Source: a virus. From it: 64,000 bases of DNA. Position 1 is the first letter of the stretch; the number at the start of each line of letters is the position of its first letter. This document shows, one piece after another, positions 43,226-52,913 of the stretch. The position numbers and the translations under genes were made by a program. The notes below the pieces were generated by a model. It worked only from the letters and a program-made list of their open reading frames with translations, did no database searches and was not told the DNA's origin. The DNA lies in IMG/VR virus record IMGVR_UViG_3300028558_000022, positions 1 to 64,000 of that record. One strand, 5' to 3'.

Positions 43226-45253
43226 ATGCCTAACGTATCAGATAGTTTCGCCGGAAGCCCGGCGTTCCAATTTATACAGAGTCAAGGATGGAACTGGAAG
43301 CCTTCAACCCCACCGAACATTGAATTAGAAACCTGCCCATATTGCGGCAAGACCGGCTACGGTCACTGTTACATGGAGATACACGGGACTTCTGACGAAC
43401 AGAAGAACCGGGACTCTCTTCACATCTGCCACAAATGCGGTAAGGGCGGTCGCCTCTTCGACCTAAAGAAACATCTGAACATCTCGATCCCCGACGTTGA
43501 GTCTCGTAAGGACTGGTCAGGGGGAGCAAAGAAAACAGAAGACCTACCAGACATCGACGCCTGTCATCAGGCATTGCTAGAAGACGCTGAGGCGATGGAC
43601 TACCTCATGAACGGACGCGGCTTCTCGCGAGAGGTCATTGAAAAGCAGAAGGTCGGTCTCGTTCAGGAACGATACTTCCGCAACATTGGAAAAGCGCGTG
43701 CAATCGTTTATCCCTATCTCGTTAATGGCAATTGCGTGTTTGTACATTACCGCACGTTGCCTACTATGCCTCTGGCAGATAACAAGGTGCCTAAGGGGTT
43801 CAGCTCTCCGACCGGCTGGGATGCTCCGCTGTATAACGGCGAGATTCTTCGCGATGGCCTCAAAGAGGTCTTTATGGTTGAGGGCGAAGCGAATTGCATC
43901 GCGGCGATGGACAAGGGTGTCTCGAACATCTGCGGCGTCCCCGGCGCCAACTTCAAAAAGGCGGAGTGGATCGGGACGCTGGACAAGCTCGACGGACTTG
44001 AGAAGATTTACATCTGCTACGACAAGGATAAGGTCGGGCAGCAAGCGGCACAGAACTTAGCGGTTCGCATCGGTATTGAGCGTTGCTGGAAGATCACACT
44101 CCCAGACTTCGACGTTACGACTGACGAAGGCGAGAAGCGCAAGGGCAAGGACTTAAACGAGTGGTTCGCGGTCGGCGGCGGTACAGCCGAAGCGTTCGAG
44201 AAGCTCAAGGAAGATGCCATCCTGTTCGATGTGGAAGGTGTCGCCAGCTCGAAAGACGCGATACAAGAGTTTGAGGATGAGCTTAACGGTAAGGTTGGAC
44301 TCGAACCGTCGTACAAGACGCAATGGCCCGGCCTGAACAAGCTCGTGGGATTCGATCCCGGCGATGTAATTGACATCATCGCTCCTGAGAAGGTCGGCAA
44401 GACAACATTCGCACTCAACCTGATCGAACACATGGTTGATACATACGGGGAAGATGGCATCATCATCTGCCTCGAAATGACAAGGGCAAAGCTCGCGCGT
44501 AAGTGGATTTCACACAAGGCGGGAATTGCCGATGACATTCCAACAACGCCGGAAGAGGCGGTAACACTCAAGTCGAAGTTCTTAGCGGCAATCCCAGTAG
44601 TCCGGGACATGGCCGCAAACAGGCAAGGTGATCTCTACTTCTGCCTACCGAAGTACAAAACAACTGAAGACATCTACAACCTCATTCGGCAGTGTATCCG
44701 CCGCTATGGAGTCAAGTGGATTGTGCTCGACAACCTTCAACGACTTGCCGATACGACATCGGACAGCGGGAAGGGCCGGACAACGCACCTTTCGGAGATC
44801 AGCAAAGTAACTTCGCAGATCGCCAAGGAATACAACATCCAAATGGTTCGCATCTTGCAGCCTCACCGTGTAGCTCAGGGCAAGGTTGCGACGAGCGACA
44901 ACACAGACGGTTCGTCTCAGATCGCAAAAGACTGTGACTGCAACATTGCTCTTCACAGAGAGAAGATCGCCGAGACCGATTCGTCCAAGGTGGACATGAC
45001 GATGGGGACCGATCAGGCCCAGTCGTTCAAAAACGAAACGCTGGTACTGGTAGGACTCTCGCGATTCTCTGGCGGCGGTAGTACGTGGCTCATGTGTGAC
45101 GGCGCCCGGAGTACGTTTAGCAACTTCGGCCCGGAAAGCATCGCAGCGGTACAAGCCGAGCTGAACAAGGACAAAGGGATTATGGGAACGCTGCAATCAG
45201 CCGTTACCCCACCCAACGCAGAGGAACCACCGGTCGGGGAGATCAGCATCTAA
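43226..45253 (+). CDS. T7 gp4/Twinkle-like primase-helicase
   Basis: Zn finger CPYC..CHKC; TOPRIM VEGE and YDKD; KDLNE; Walker A GKTT; IVLDNL. Confidence 0.93.
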   Translation: MPNVSDSFAGSPAFQFIQSQGWNWKPSTPPNIELETCPYCGKTGYGHCYMEIHGTSDEQKNRDSLHICHKCGKGGRLFDLKKHLNISIPDVESRKDWSGGAKKTEDLPDIDACHQALLEDAEAMDYLMNGRGFSREVIEKQKVGLVQERYFRNIGKARAIVYPYLVNGNCVFVHYRTLPTMPLADNKVPKGFSSPTGWDAPLYNGEILRDGLKEVFMVEGEANCIAAMDKGVSNICGVPGANFKKAEWIGTLDKLDGLEKIYICYDKDKVGQQAAQNLAVRIGIERCWKITLPDFDVTTDEGEKRKGKDLNEWFAVGGGTAEAFEKLKEDAILFDVEGVASSKDAIQEFEDELNGKVGLEPSYKTQWPGLNKLVGFDPGDVIDIIAPEKVGKTTFALNLIEHMVDTYGEDGIIICLEMTRAKLARKWISHKAGIADDIPTTPEEAVTLKSKFLAAIPVVRDMAANRQGDLYFCLPKYKTTEDIYNLIRQCIRRYGVKWIVLDNLQRLADTTSDSGKGRTTHLSEISKVTSQIAKEYNIQMVRILQPHRVAQGKVATSDNTDGSSQIAKDCDCNIALHREKIAETDSSKVDMTMGTDQAQSFKNETLVLVGLSRFSGGGSTWLMCDGARSTFSNFGPESIAAVQAELNKDKGIMGTLQSAVTPPNAEEPPVGEISI

Positions 45254-45254
45254 A

Positions 45255-45746
45255 ATGCGGCGGTTGACATTGAGCAGGATCGTTTCCCGGATGAAGAACT
45301 ACAGACCGGGAACGGTAGAAGAGATTGTCCGGGACTGTGATCTTCCGGTGAAGTTTATAGGATCAGGCGTGTTCCGGGAAGTGTACAAGATCATCGGTGC
45401 GCCCTACGTTGTGAAGATTCCCTATGAGGGAAGCGAAGGGCACGCCGCAACCGAGTACAGGGCATGGAAGCGAATCAAGACGAAAGAACGCTTCAATGAT
45501 ATTCGGAAGTACCTACCGGAGATCATCCTGTATCAGCGTTCAACCGGGCTTGTGCTGATGCCGTACTACCGGCCAATCTCAGCACGGCGTTACAACCGGG
45601 AAATGGAAGACGTTGACGCGTTTCTCGAAAAGACGTTCGGGATGGGAAGCGCCGACGTGGGGTCTGACAAGTGGGATAACTGGGGACTGGACGAAACCGG
45701 TCAGCTCAAGCTCATCGACCTCGGATGTATTGAAAACGAAAGCTAG
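45255..45746 (+). CDS. minimal protein-kinase-like fold protein
   Basis: GSG.FR.VY, VVK, E, D...DNWG and LIDLG. Confidence 0.6.
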   Translation: MRRLTLSRIVSRMKNYRPGTVEEIVRDCDLPVKFIGSGVFREVYKIIGAPYVVKIPYEGSEGHAATEYRAWKRIKTKERFNDIRKYLPEIILYQRSTGLVLMPYYRPISARRYNREMEDVDAFLEKTFGMGSADVGSDKWDNWGLDETGQLKLIDLGCIENES

Positions 45747-46174
45747 TGATGCCGTCAAAGCCACTCAGCCCGAAGGATCGGGCGGCGGACAAGAGGCTGA
45801 AGTCAAACTATTCGGGATTCGGTCTTCAGCACTTCGCAACTGTATTGAAGTTCCAAAAGGGCGTCTGTGCGATATGCAGACAGGCGCCGGTCGCCGGTAA
45901 AGCTAGATTCTCCGTCGATCACAGGCACAGTGACGGATTGCTTCGCGGTCTCTTGTGCTGGAAGTGCAACAGGGCGATAGGCGCCTTTCAACGGTTTCAC
46001 CCTGACGCGGTTGAGCTATTCCGGGCCGCGTATGAGTACCTCAAGAACCCGCCAATTACAGCCGTATTCGGTACGGAGTGGCGAACAGCTCCCGGCAAGG
46101 TCGGGACAAAGAAGCGAGCGAAGCTCTTGAAACAGATGGAAGCAAATCCAAATAAGGGGATAAATGCAGCGTGA
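45746..46174 (+). CDS. endonuclease VII (Holliday junction resolvase-like)
   Basis: Q.G.CAIC and VDH.H..G..RGLLC..CN. Confidence 0.88.
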   Translation: MMPSKPLSPKDRAADKRLKSNYSGFGLQHFATVLKFQKGVCAICRQAPVAGKARFSVDHRHSDGLLRGLLCWKCNRAIGAFQRFHPDAVELFRAAYEYLKNPPITAVFGTEWRTAPGKVGTKKRAKLLKQMEANPNKGINAA

Positions 46175-46820
46175 GAGAAGCGTAAACAAGTCGGCGAAGC
46201 GCGGAAGCGTAGCAGCAAATAGGCGTGCGTTCGTCGATATCTTCGGCGACCCTACCGCCCTACCAGAGGCCATACCGGGCCATTACCAGAACTTCAAAGG
46301 TCGCGGCCCTGTCGCGGCAATGAAGAACAACTTTGGAGAGGGTAAGGCCACAAGGAACCCAGCAAGTCCAAACATCATCGACTTCTTTTGTGATGTGGAT
46401 CGCGTCGTCGGTAAAACCCTGACGCAAGATGAGCAAGACAAGCTCCTGTCCCGCTACATATACGAAGACGACGATCACGGACTTTCTCAGGCAGAGCAAA
46501 ACGATATCGAGCAGAGACTTGGCAAAGCGTTCCGGGAAGCCGGAATCAGTCCTGTGACTCGGTACTTCACTGCCATTCGAGGAGTCTTCGCAATGACCGA
46601 GAACCTAAGCACCATCGACCAAGTACAACCCGTAGCGGTTGATAACGACATCATCGTAGATGTTACCCGACAGATGAAAGAGGAGATCGGAACCGACACG
46701 CTCTCCAAAGACGACGAGTTCATGCTTCGTCAGAAGTACGGACTCTCGGCGCCCCAGCTCACGTTGTCGGAACAGAATCTCATTCGCAGGGAGGAACGCA
46801 ATGCAGCCCGCAACCGCTAA
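46164..46820 (+). CDS. hypothetical protein (possibly two fused genes)
   Basis: Internal GGAG plus ATG at 46593. Confidence 0.65.
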   Translation: MQRERSVNKSAKRGSVAANRRAFVDIFGDPTALPEAIPGHYQNFKGRGPVAAMKNNFGEGKATRNPASPNIIDFFCDVDRVVGKTLTQDEQDKLLSRYIYEDDDHGLSQAEQNDIEQRLGKAFREAGISPVTRYFTAIRGVFAMTENLSTIDQVQPVAVDNDIIVDVTRQMKEEIGTDTLSKDDEFMLRQKYGLSAPQLTLSEQNLIRREERNAARNR

Positions 46821-47325
46821 CGATACTCCCGTCACGCTGAGCACTACTGCCGAAGGTACGCCGAGCATTGCAGTAGAAATGCCGGTCGATCCCATGTCGC
46901 TGAACTACCGACGCGAGCAACGTATCCGTAAGGTTCCGTTCCGGTCGGCAGAAAAAGGCCCGATCCGGTACCAACGGTTGCCGGTCTGCCATCACAAGTT
47001 TGTGCCCGGCGCCGAGCCGCGTCACCGTAACTGCGAATCGTGTTGGTTCGCGTTCTTCCAGATTCACGGCGAGATCGTACAGGCCGCCGATGAGGTTCAC
47101 AGCAAGTACGGAATCTCTGGCCTTGCTCAGCTCAGAGGCCCGAAGTTCGCACAGAACTTTACGAAGTTCATGGCAACCGTAGCCGTCTGGAAGAAGGCAA
47201 TGGAAGAGGCAAAGGAAAAGAATGACACAACCCAAGAATCCGCTGGCGATGCTGGCGGAAGCGGCGGGGATGCCGCAGTCGAACCCCAAAGCGGAGAACT
47301 CTCCGGCCCCGAAGCCGTCCAGTAA
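46801..47325 (+). CDS. hypothetical Cys/His protein
   Basis: CHHK..NCESCW; GGAGG RBS. Confidence 0.7.
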   Translation: MQPATANDTPVTLSTTAEGTPSIAVEMPVDPMSLNYRREQRIRKVPFRSAEKGPIRYQRLPVCHHKFVPGAEPRHRNCESCWFAFFQIHGEIVQAADEVHSKYGISGLAQLRGPKFAQNFTKFMATVAVWKKAMEEAKEKNDTTQESAGDAGGSGGDAAVEPQSGELSGPEAVQ

Positions 47326-48346
47326 GGACGACAAGCTCAAGGCGCTTGAGGCTGTAGCCAAAAAGCTGAACGCACAGTTCAGCACTACGAACAGTCTCAT
47401 TCGCCTTGGGAGCAAGGCCGCAGCGGTCGTACCGCACATCTCTACCGATATCCCATCACTCGACAACGAAGTGCTGGGAGTTGGTGGAATCCCGAAGGGC
47501 CGAATCATTGAGATATACGGCCCGGAGTCAGCCGGTAAAACGACGGTCACACTTGAGATCATCGCGGCTGAACAACGACACGGCGAACTATGCGCGTTCG
47601 TTGACGCGGAACACGCTCTCGACCCCAGCTATGCAAAGAAGCTCGGGGTAAACACCGATGAGTTGCTTGTATCCCAGCCGGACTCCGGCGAACAGGCACT
47701 CGAAACCACGATTGCCCTTGTCGAGTCCAGAGCTGTGTCGATTGTCGTTGTGGACTCGGTAGCAGCTCTCGTACCTCAGGCCGAACTCGACGGCGAGATG
47801 GGCGATCAGCACATGGGCCTACAGGCTCGCTTGATGTCTCAGGCGATGCGAAAGCTCCGTGGCATTTGCTCGATCAACGGCGTGACGGTGATCTTCATTA
47901 ACCAGATACGCGAGAAGATCGGCGTCATGTTCGGCAGCCCGGAGACAACAACGGGCGGACGTGCTCTCAAGTTCTACTCAAGCGTTCGTTTGGACGTTCG
48001 TCGCATCGGCGGAGACGCCGGGAAGATCAAGAGCGGAGACGTGCTGGTCGGTCACAAGATGAAGATCAAGGCCGTCAAGAACAAGGTTGCTGCCCCATTC
48101 CGTGAGACGGAAGTTGACGTTATCTACGGTAAGGGCATTGACCGGTTCGCGGATATGATCCGGTACGCGGCTGACGTGGGAGCGATCCAGAAGAGCGGAT
48201 CATGGTTGAGCTTCAACGGGGAAAAGCTGGGACAGGGTGCGGACAACGCTATCGCTGTTCTGCGGTCATTGCCGGAGCTTGTCGAGAAGATCAGGGCCGA
48301 AGTTGCAAAGGCAGTACAGGCCCAGCGAGAGGCGGACGCTCAGTGA
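47222..48346 (+). CDS. recA: RecA recombinase
   Basis: GPESAGKTT, DAEHALD, DSVAAL, QARLMSQA, INQIR and GGRALKFY. Confidence 0.97.
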   Translation: MTQPKNPLAMLAEAAGMPQSNPKAENSPAPKPSSKDDKLKALEAVAKKLNAQFSTTNSLIRLGSKAAAVVPHISTDIPSLDNEVLGVGGIPKGRIIEIYGPESAGKTTVTLEIIAAEQRHGELCAFVDAEHALDPSYAKKLGVNTDELLVSQPDSGEQALETTIALVESRAVSIVVVDSVAALVPQAELDGEMGDQHMGLQARLMSQAMRKLRGICSINGVTVIFINQIREKIGVMFGSPETTTGGRALKFYSSVRLDVRRIGGDAGKIKSGDVLVGHKMKIKAVKNKVAAPFRETEVDVIYGKGIDRFADMIRYAADVGAIQKSGSWLSFNGEKLGQGADNAIAVLRSLPELVEKIRAEVAKAVQAQREADAQ

Positions 48347-48528
48347 GACATCGCGTGATCCGTAATCGCTGTAAATGCAAACAGTGTGGCGACGTAATCG
48401 AGTCAAAGGGTAGCCATGACTTCGTTCAATGCTCATGTGGAGCCATCTTCACGGACGGCGGAACCGATTACGTCCGCCGTGGCGGAGTCCTTGGAGCGAT
48501 TGAGGACATGAGTGAGTTTGAGGACTAA
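48343..48528 (+). CDS. small Zn-ribbon phage protein
   Basis: C..CGD.IES...HDF..CSCG....DGG. Confidence 0.8.
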   Translation: MRHRVIRNRCKCKQCGDVIESKGSHDFVQCSCGAIFTDGGTDYVRRGGVLGAIEDMSEFED

Positions 48529-48531
48529 GCT

Positions 48532-49473
48532 ATGCCCGGATTCAAAGCAAAGACCATCAAGTCCGTGATCTCGAAGAAGATCAACAAATGGCTTGACACA
48601 ATCGAAGACGCGGACCTTCGTAAACAGGTTGAGAAAAACGTGATCGTCACTGGAGGCTGCATCGTCTCGATGCTTCTCGGCGAACCGGTCAACGACTTCG
48701 ACGTTTACTTCCGCGATCATGACACAACCGTTGCCGTGGCGAAATACTACGTCAGCCGGTTCAAGCACAAGACCACTGTTGACTTCAAACTCGTCGTCAC
48801 GGACATTGACGGTCGCGTAAGGGTCCGGGCGCAGTCTGCCGGTGTTGCAAGCGAAGAGACGCCGACCGGAGAGTACAAATACTTCGAGAGCCAACCGGAA
48901 GAGGAGTCTGCGGACTACATCTCGAAGGTGATGGACAACCCTCAAGAGATCGAGGACACGCACGAAGACACTCAGATCGAGGTCGCGAAGAACCCAGAAG
49001 AGGGTAAGTACCGCCCGGTGTTCCTGAGTAGCAACGCGATCACGCTGAGCGACAAGATTCAAATCGTGCTCCGCTTCTACGGCGAGCCGGATGCGATCCA
49101 CGAAAACTACGACTTCGTACACTGTACGTCGTACTGGCAGAGTTGGGATGGCGGCAAGCTCGTACTTCGCCAAGAGGCGTTAGAGAGCTGCCTGTCAAAG
49201 GAACTGAAGTACGTCGGCAGCAAGTACCCGGTGTGCTCGATTGTCCGGCTTCGCAAGTTCATCAATCGCGGCTGGCGCATCAACGCCGGTCAGATTCTCA
49301 AGATGTGTATGCAGATCAGTGAACTCGATCTCACGAATGTGGAAGTTCTTGAGGATCAGCTAACAGGCGTTGACACAGCGTACTTCCTTGAGGTCATCGC
49401 CAAGCTGAAAGAAAAAGACCCGGAGAAGGTCAACACGGGTTATCTGGTCGAAATTATTGATCGAATGTTCTGA
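48532..49473 (+). CDS. nucleotidyltransferase-fold phage protein
   Basis: GG.I.S.LLGE.VNDFDVYF, YDFVH and R..KF..RGW. Confidence 0.65.
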   Translation: MPGFKAKTIKSVISKKINKWLDTIEDADLRKQVEKNVIVTGGCIVSMLLGEPVNDFDVYFRDHDTTVAVAKYYVSRFKHKTTVDFKLVVTDIDGRVRVRAQSAGVASEETPTGEYKYFESQPEEESADYISKVMDNPQEIEDTHEDTQIEVAKNPEEGKYRPVFLSSNAITLSDKIQIVLRFYGEPDAIHENYDFVHCTSYWQSWDGGKLVLRQEALESCLSKELKYVGSKYPVCSIVRLRKFINRGWRINAGQILKMCMQISELDLTNVEVLEDQLTGVDTAYFLEVIAKLKEKDPEKVNTGYLVEIIDRMF

Positions 49474-49480
49474 GGTAAAT

Positions 49481-50020
49481 ATGGGGATTATCGAACGTAT
49501 TCTGTGCAAGCTGTTTCCGTACACGGACATCATGCGGGACGACACGAACGACATTTATCTTCGTCGTTGGTTCATCTATCCGAGACACAAAGAGTTCAAG
49601 AAACTCGAACCTCGAATCTATCTCCACAAGTTCTACCGTGGCGATGAAGACCCGCACTTGCATGACCATCCTTGGCCGTTTACTAGTCTCATCCTCACTC
49701 AGGGCTACTGGGAAGAGACGTTCGACGAGGACGGCGAGAAGGGTACGGGCGAATTTCCCTGCTACGTGACCGGCCCGGATGGGTCTCACCGAATGCAGCA
49801 ATTCTACAAACGATTCAGTATTCTCAGGCGCCCGGCGACGTGGAAGCATCGCGTCATTCTCGACAACAACAAGCCGGTCTGGACAATCGTCCGTACTGGC
49901 GTCAAGGAACGGAGCTGGGGATTCTGGGTCAACAATGCACTGTGCCCGTGGCGCAACTACAGTAAAGGCGTCTGCTGGTGCGAAAACGAAGGAAAGTCTA
50001 ACCCGGATGTGGAGGAATAG
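49481..50020 (+). CDS. cupin-like phage protein (paralog of 42500..42862)
   Basis: YLH.F..D.D..LHDHPWPF.S.IL..GY.E and R.WGF. Confidence 0.8.
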   Translation: MGIIERILCKLFPYTDIMRDDTNDIYLRRWFIYPRHKEFKKLEPRIYLHKFYRGDEDPHLHDHPWPFTSLILTQGYWEETFDEDGEKGTGEFPCYVTGPDGSHRMQQFYKRFSILRRPATWKHRVILDNNKPVWTIVRTGVKERSWGFWVNNALCPWRNYSKGVCWCENEGKSNPDVEE

Positions 50021-50022
50021 CG

Positions 50023-50370
50023 ATGGCTGAGCTGGTGACAAAGCAAAAGAGGAAGTTCGACAACCGTAACAATAAGGCCAACCCGAAGGGTAACAAACCC
50101 TTCAAGAAAAAGAAGGGTAAGAAGAAAGCCCTGCCCCGTCGTAAGCGTGGCGAACCGGCGTTCCTCTACTACTGCACCTGTCACGAGGACACGCGTGCCG
50201 TCAAGCTCCCGTGTGAGCGGAAGCCTGAAGATATGGCTGAGAACAAGTTCAGCGAGTCCACGCTCGGCACATGGCGCTGTGCCATCACGAACCGGAAGTG
50301 CAAGGTTCGTCGCGTCAAGAACGTGATCGAACAGGCCCCGGCTGCGATTGAAGAACAGGTAGCAGCGTGA
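50023..50370 (+). CDS. basic Cys-containing hypothetical protein
   Basis: GGAGG RBS; K-rich N-terminus; ends QVAA. Confidence 0.75.
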   Translation: MAELVTKQKRKFDNRNNKANPKGNKPFKKKKGKKKALPRRKRGEPAFLYYCTCHEDTRAVKLPCERKPEDMAENKFSESTLGTWRCAITNRKCKVRRVKNVIEQAPAAIEEQVAA

Positions 50371-50510
50371 CGCTTAACCCAAAACTCTTGCCAGTCATCA
50401 TGATCGTCATTGATGTACTGGCAAGTCTGGTCTATTTGTACAACCGCGATTGGAGACACGGCTTGTATTGGCTCTTCGCGGCTGCTTTGACCGCCTGTGT
50501 CACTTACTAG
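50367..50510 (+). CDS. small membrane protein (47 aa)
   Basis: Manual translation ending DWRHGLYWLFAAALTACVTY. Confidence 0.6.
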   Translation: MTLNPKLLPVIMIVIDVLASLVYLYNRDWRHGLYWLFAAALTACVTY

Positions 50511-50517
50511 AGGAAAC

Positions 50518-50868
50518 GTGGAAGTATTCACATTAAACGACTATCAGCGGGCAGCAATAGCCACCGCTGAGTACCCGGATCGCGGAAAGAACATGATCTA
50601 CCCTTCTCTAAAGCTCAACGGAGAAGCCGGTGAGATCGCAGAGAAGATCGGAAAGCATTGGCGCAATGAAGGGATCACTGACCCTAACAAATTGAACGCC
50701 GAACAGAAGCTCGAACTGGTCAAAGAGATGGGCGATGTGCTTTGGTATCTCGCGGCACTTGCCGATGAACTGAACGTCGATCTCAGCTATGTTGCTCGGA
50801 AGAACATCGAGAAGCTCCGGGACCGTAAGGCTCGCGGCGTCATCAAGTCTGAAGGCGACAACCGATAA
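50518..50868 (+). CDS. MazG-like NTP pyrophosphohydrolase
   Basis: YQ..A, GEAGEIAEK, EMGDVLWY and N..KL.DR..G..GDNR. Confidence 0.92.
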   Translation: MEVFTLNDYQRAAIATAEYPDRGKNMIYPSLKLNGEAGEIAEKIGKHWRNEGITDPNKLNAEQKLELVKEMGDVLWYLAALADELNVDLSYVARKNIEKLRDRKARGVIKSEGDNR

Positions 50869-50926
50869 GCTCTTGTCAATCATAAACTGACCCTCTTATA
50901 CTTCTGGTATAGGAGGGTTTTTAGTT

Positions 50927-51148
50927 TTGCAGATAGAGAAATTCGTTCAAGAGCTTGACGCCGAAATCGAAAAGCTCACTCGCTTAAAGAGCCTTGCGCT
51001 GGAAGTCAACCCCACAAGTCCGAAAGTATCGCGTTCCCCTCGCGGTCCTTACAAAAAGAAAAAGCGCGTCATGTCCCCAGAAGCGCGAGCAAAAATCTCA
51101 AAAGCAGTTAAGGCAAGATGGGCCGGGTTGAAAAAAAAAGCCGCATAA
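50927..51148 (+). CDS. small basic protein (MS.EARAKI..A.KARWA type)
   Basis: LDAEI..L..K N-terminus and an R/K-rich tail; AGGAGG RBS. Confidence 0.7.
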   Translation: MQIEKFVQELDAEIEKLTRLKSLALEVNPTSPKVSRSPRGPYKKKKRVMSPEARAKISKAVKARWAGLKKKAA

Positions 51149-51155
51149 ACGAAGA

Positions 51156-51194
51156 AAGACGGCCCACCCTCGAATGAAGGTGGGCCGATTCGTT
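51156..51194. terminator. hairpin terminator at the convergence of the rightward and leftward arms
   Basis: CGGCCCACC...GGTGGGCCG between convergent genes. Confidence 0.75.
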
Positions 51195-52843
51195 TATGAG
51201 CCGCAAGTTCCGCCGCGCGTAATATCGCAGATGTCCATAGCCTCTACGAAAATCTTACCCTCGTGCTTGATCGCGGTTGTGTATTTGACCGGCGTGAGGG
51301 GTTGTCCGCCTCTGGCGCCGTCTGGGTAGCAAGTGATTCCCCGAAGTCGCGGGAGGTACTTGATGAGCATCTTCCCAAACTCTTTGACACCCTCTTCGTT
51401 GTTCAGCTCTGAACCCCACTCGGGAATGTTGAGCGTCGAGCTGATCGCATGATCCACGTACTGTTGTAGCCATGCTTGGAACGCTACACGACGTTCGGGT
51501 TCCTTCGCGAGAGAGTACGCGTCTTCTACGGCGTCCGGGTGAACGCCTGACTCGATCAGTCGCTTGGCGGCGGGATCGATCACGTACTGGTAACTCCAGA
51601 CCTTACCGTCAAGGTACCGGCGCTTGTAGGCGACGCAGAACACCGGCTCAATGCCGGTCGTAGTCTCTCCCACAATGCCAATCGTTCCGGTCGGAGCAAT
51701 CGCGCGAGTCTTGATGGGTCGGGAGATTCCCCACTCATCAGCCTTGGCCGCCGCGATCTCCGTACTGGTGGCGTAGACTTCCATGTACTTTGCCAGCTCG
51801 TCACTCGGTCCGTACTTCTGACCGCGTTTGAGCATCCACTCATGGAGCCCCATCAAGCCGAGACCAAGGCGCCGATTCTTCGTTCTGATCTCATCGACCT
51901 TCGCGAAAGGAATATCGCTGTAGATCGTCCCAGCCAACAGGAACCATGTGCCGTACTTGACGACATGGAGCATCTCGGATAGCGTTTCTATCCGGGCCAT
52001 GTTGACGCTGCCTAAATTGCAGATGTCAGAATCATCGCGGCTGGTGACTTCTGTACAAGCGTTGCGGAGATTCTCCCCGGCATTCTCCGCAACATCTACG
52101 GAGAAACCCGGCTCAGCGGATTCGAGCATGTGGCGTACTGTGTCCCAATAGACCTTGTACGCTTGTTTGTGAAGTGGGTGTTTGTCGTGATGGTACGCCT
52201 TGAAGAACTCATCATCGAGTTCTACGGAAATGTTTGTACCATCCATCGGCGCCGGGAAGTTGAAGTCTTTTTCCTTCAGCGCCCGAACCTCTGGGGTCCA
52301 GTCTTTGAGGGTGATGAATTTGAAGATGTCAGGATGTGCCCAGTTCAGCCCGGCCCAAATTGCGGATCGGCGGGAGCCGCCTTGCATGATTCCGCGCCCG
52401 CACTCATTCGTCATTTGCATGAGAGCGATGGGACCGGTTGCTTTGCCGCCTGTTCTGCGGATCGGGGCGCCTTCCGGTCGGACGAGACTGTAATCAATTC
52501 CAATCCCGGCGCCGGTCATGAGAGCCATTGCACATTTCTGTAGATGGTCTGCCCAGCCTTCGCGACTATCTTCGACGCGCATGAGTAGGCAGTTCTGAAC
52601 CTGATGGAAGGGTCTACCAGAGGCGTACAGGTATCGGCCACCGGGGATGAATTTGCGTTCTGCGATTAGTCTTGCTGTTTCTTTGATTTGATCTTCGGGT
52701 GCGCCCACTGCTGACAGGACTGCACGGGCTACACGATTGGCAACCTCTTCCCACGTTTCTTTTGTTCCATCTTGTTTTTCGTGGGAATACTTATTCTGCA
52801 TGATCGCCGATGCAAAGGCGCTCATGTCCGAGCCATGATTCAC
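51194..52843 (-). CDS. nrdJ: class II (B12-dependent) ribonucleotide reductase
   Basis: PGGR, NC, G.G.GID, GGSRRSA, NACTE, CNLGS, RRLGLG, APTGT and Q..VD.AIS; no beta subunit gene. Confidence 0.9.
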   Translation of the reverse strand: MNHGSDMSAFASAIMQNKYSHEKQDGTKETWEEVANRVARAVLSAVGAPEDQIKETARLIAERKFIPGGRYLYASGRPFHQVQNCLLMRVEDSREGWADHLQKCAMALMTGAGIGIDYSLVRPEGAPIRRTGGKATGPIALMQMTNECGRGIMQGGSRRSAIWAGLNWAHPDIFKFITLKDWTPEVRALKEKDFNFPAPMDGTNISVELDDEFFKAYHHDKHPLHKQAYKVYWDTVRHMLESAEPGFSVDVAENAGENLRNACTEVTSRDDSDICNLGSVNMARIETLSEMLHVVKYGTWFLLAGTIYSDIPFAKVDEIRTKNRRLGLGLMGLHEWMLKRGQKYGPSDELAKYMEVYATSTEIAAAKADEWGISRPIKTRAIAPTGTIGIVGETTTGIEPVFCVAYKRRYLDGKVWSYQYVIDPAAKRLIESGVHPDAVEDAYSLAKEPERRVAFQAWLQQYVDHAISSTLNIPEWGSELNNEEGVKEFGKMLIKYLPRLRGITCYPDGARGGQPLTPVKYTTAIKHEGKIFVEAMDICDITRGGTCGS

Positions 52844-52861
52844 TTAGATTGTCTCCTCAGA

Positions 52862-52890
52862 CAAAACGAGCGCCCCCGAAGGGGCGCGAG
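52862..52890 (-). terminator. intrinsic terminator/hairpin
   Basis: CGCCCC-TTCG-GGGGCG followed by CTCGTTTTGT on the minus strand. Confidence 0.6.
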
Positions 52891-52913
52891 GTACTACGTA
52901 AAGGTGGTAGGGG

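Noticed and set aside
35853-47562. Long minus-strand ORFs such as 35853..36680, 44017..44610 and 46780..47562
   Set aside because: They lie antisense to well-supported plus-strand genes and are typical shadows of biased codon usage.
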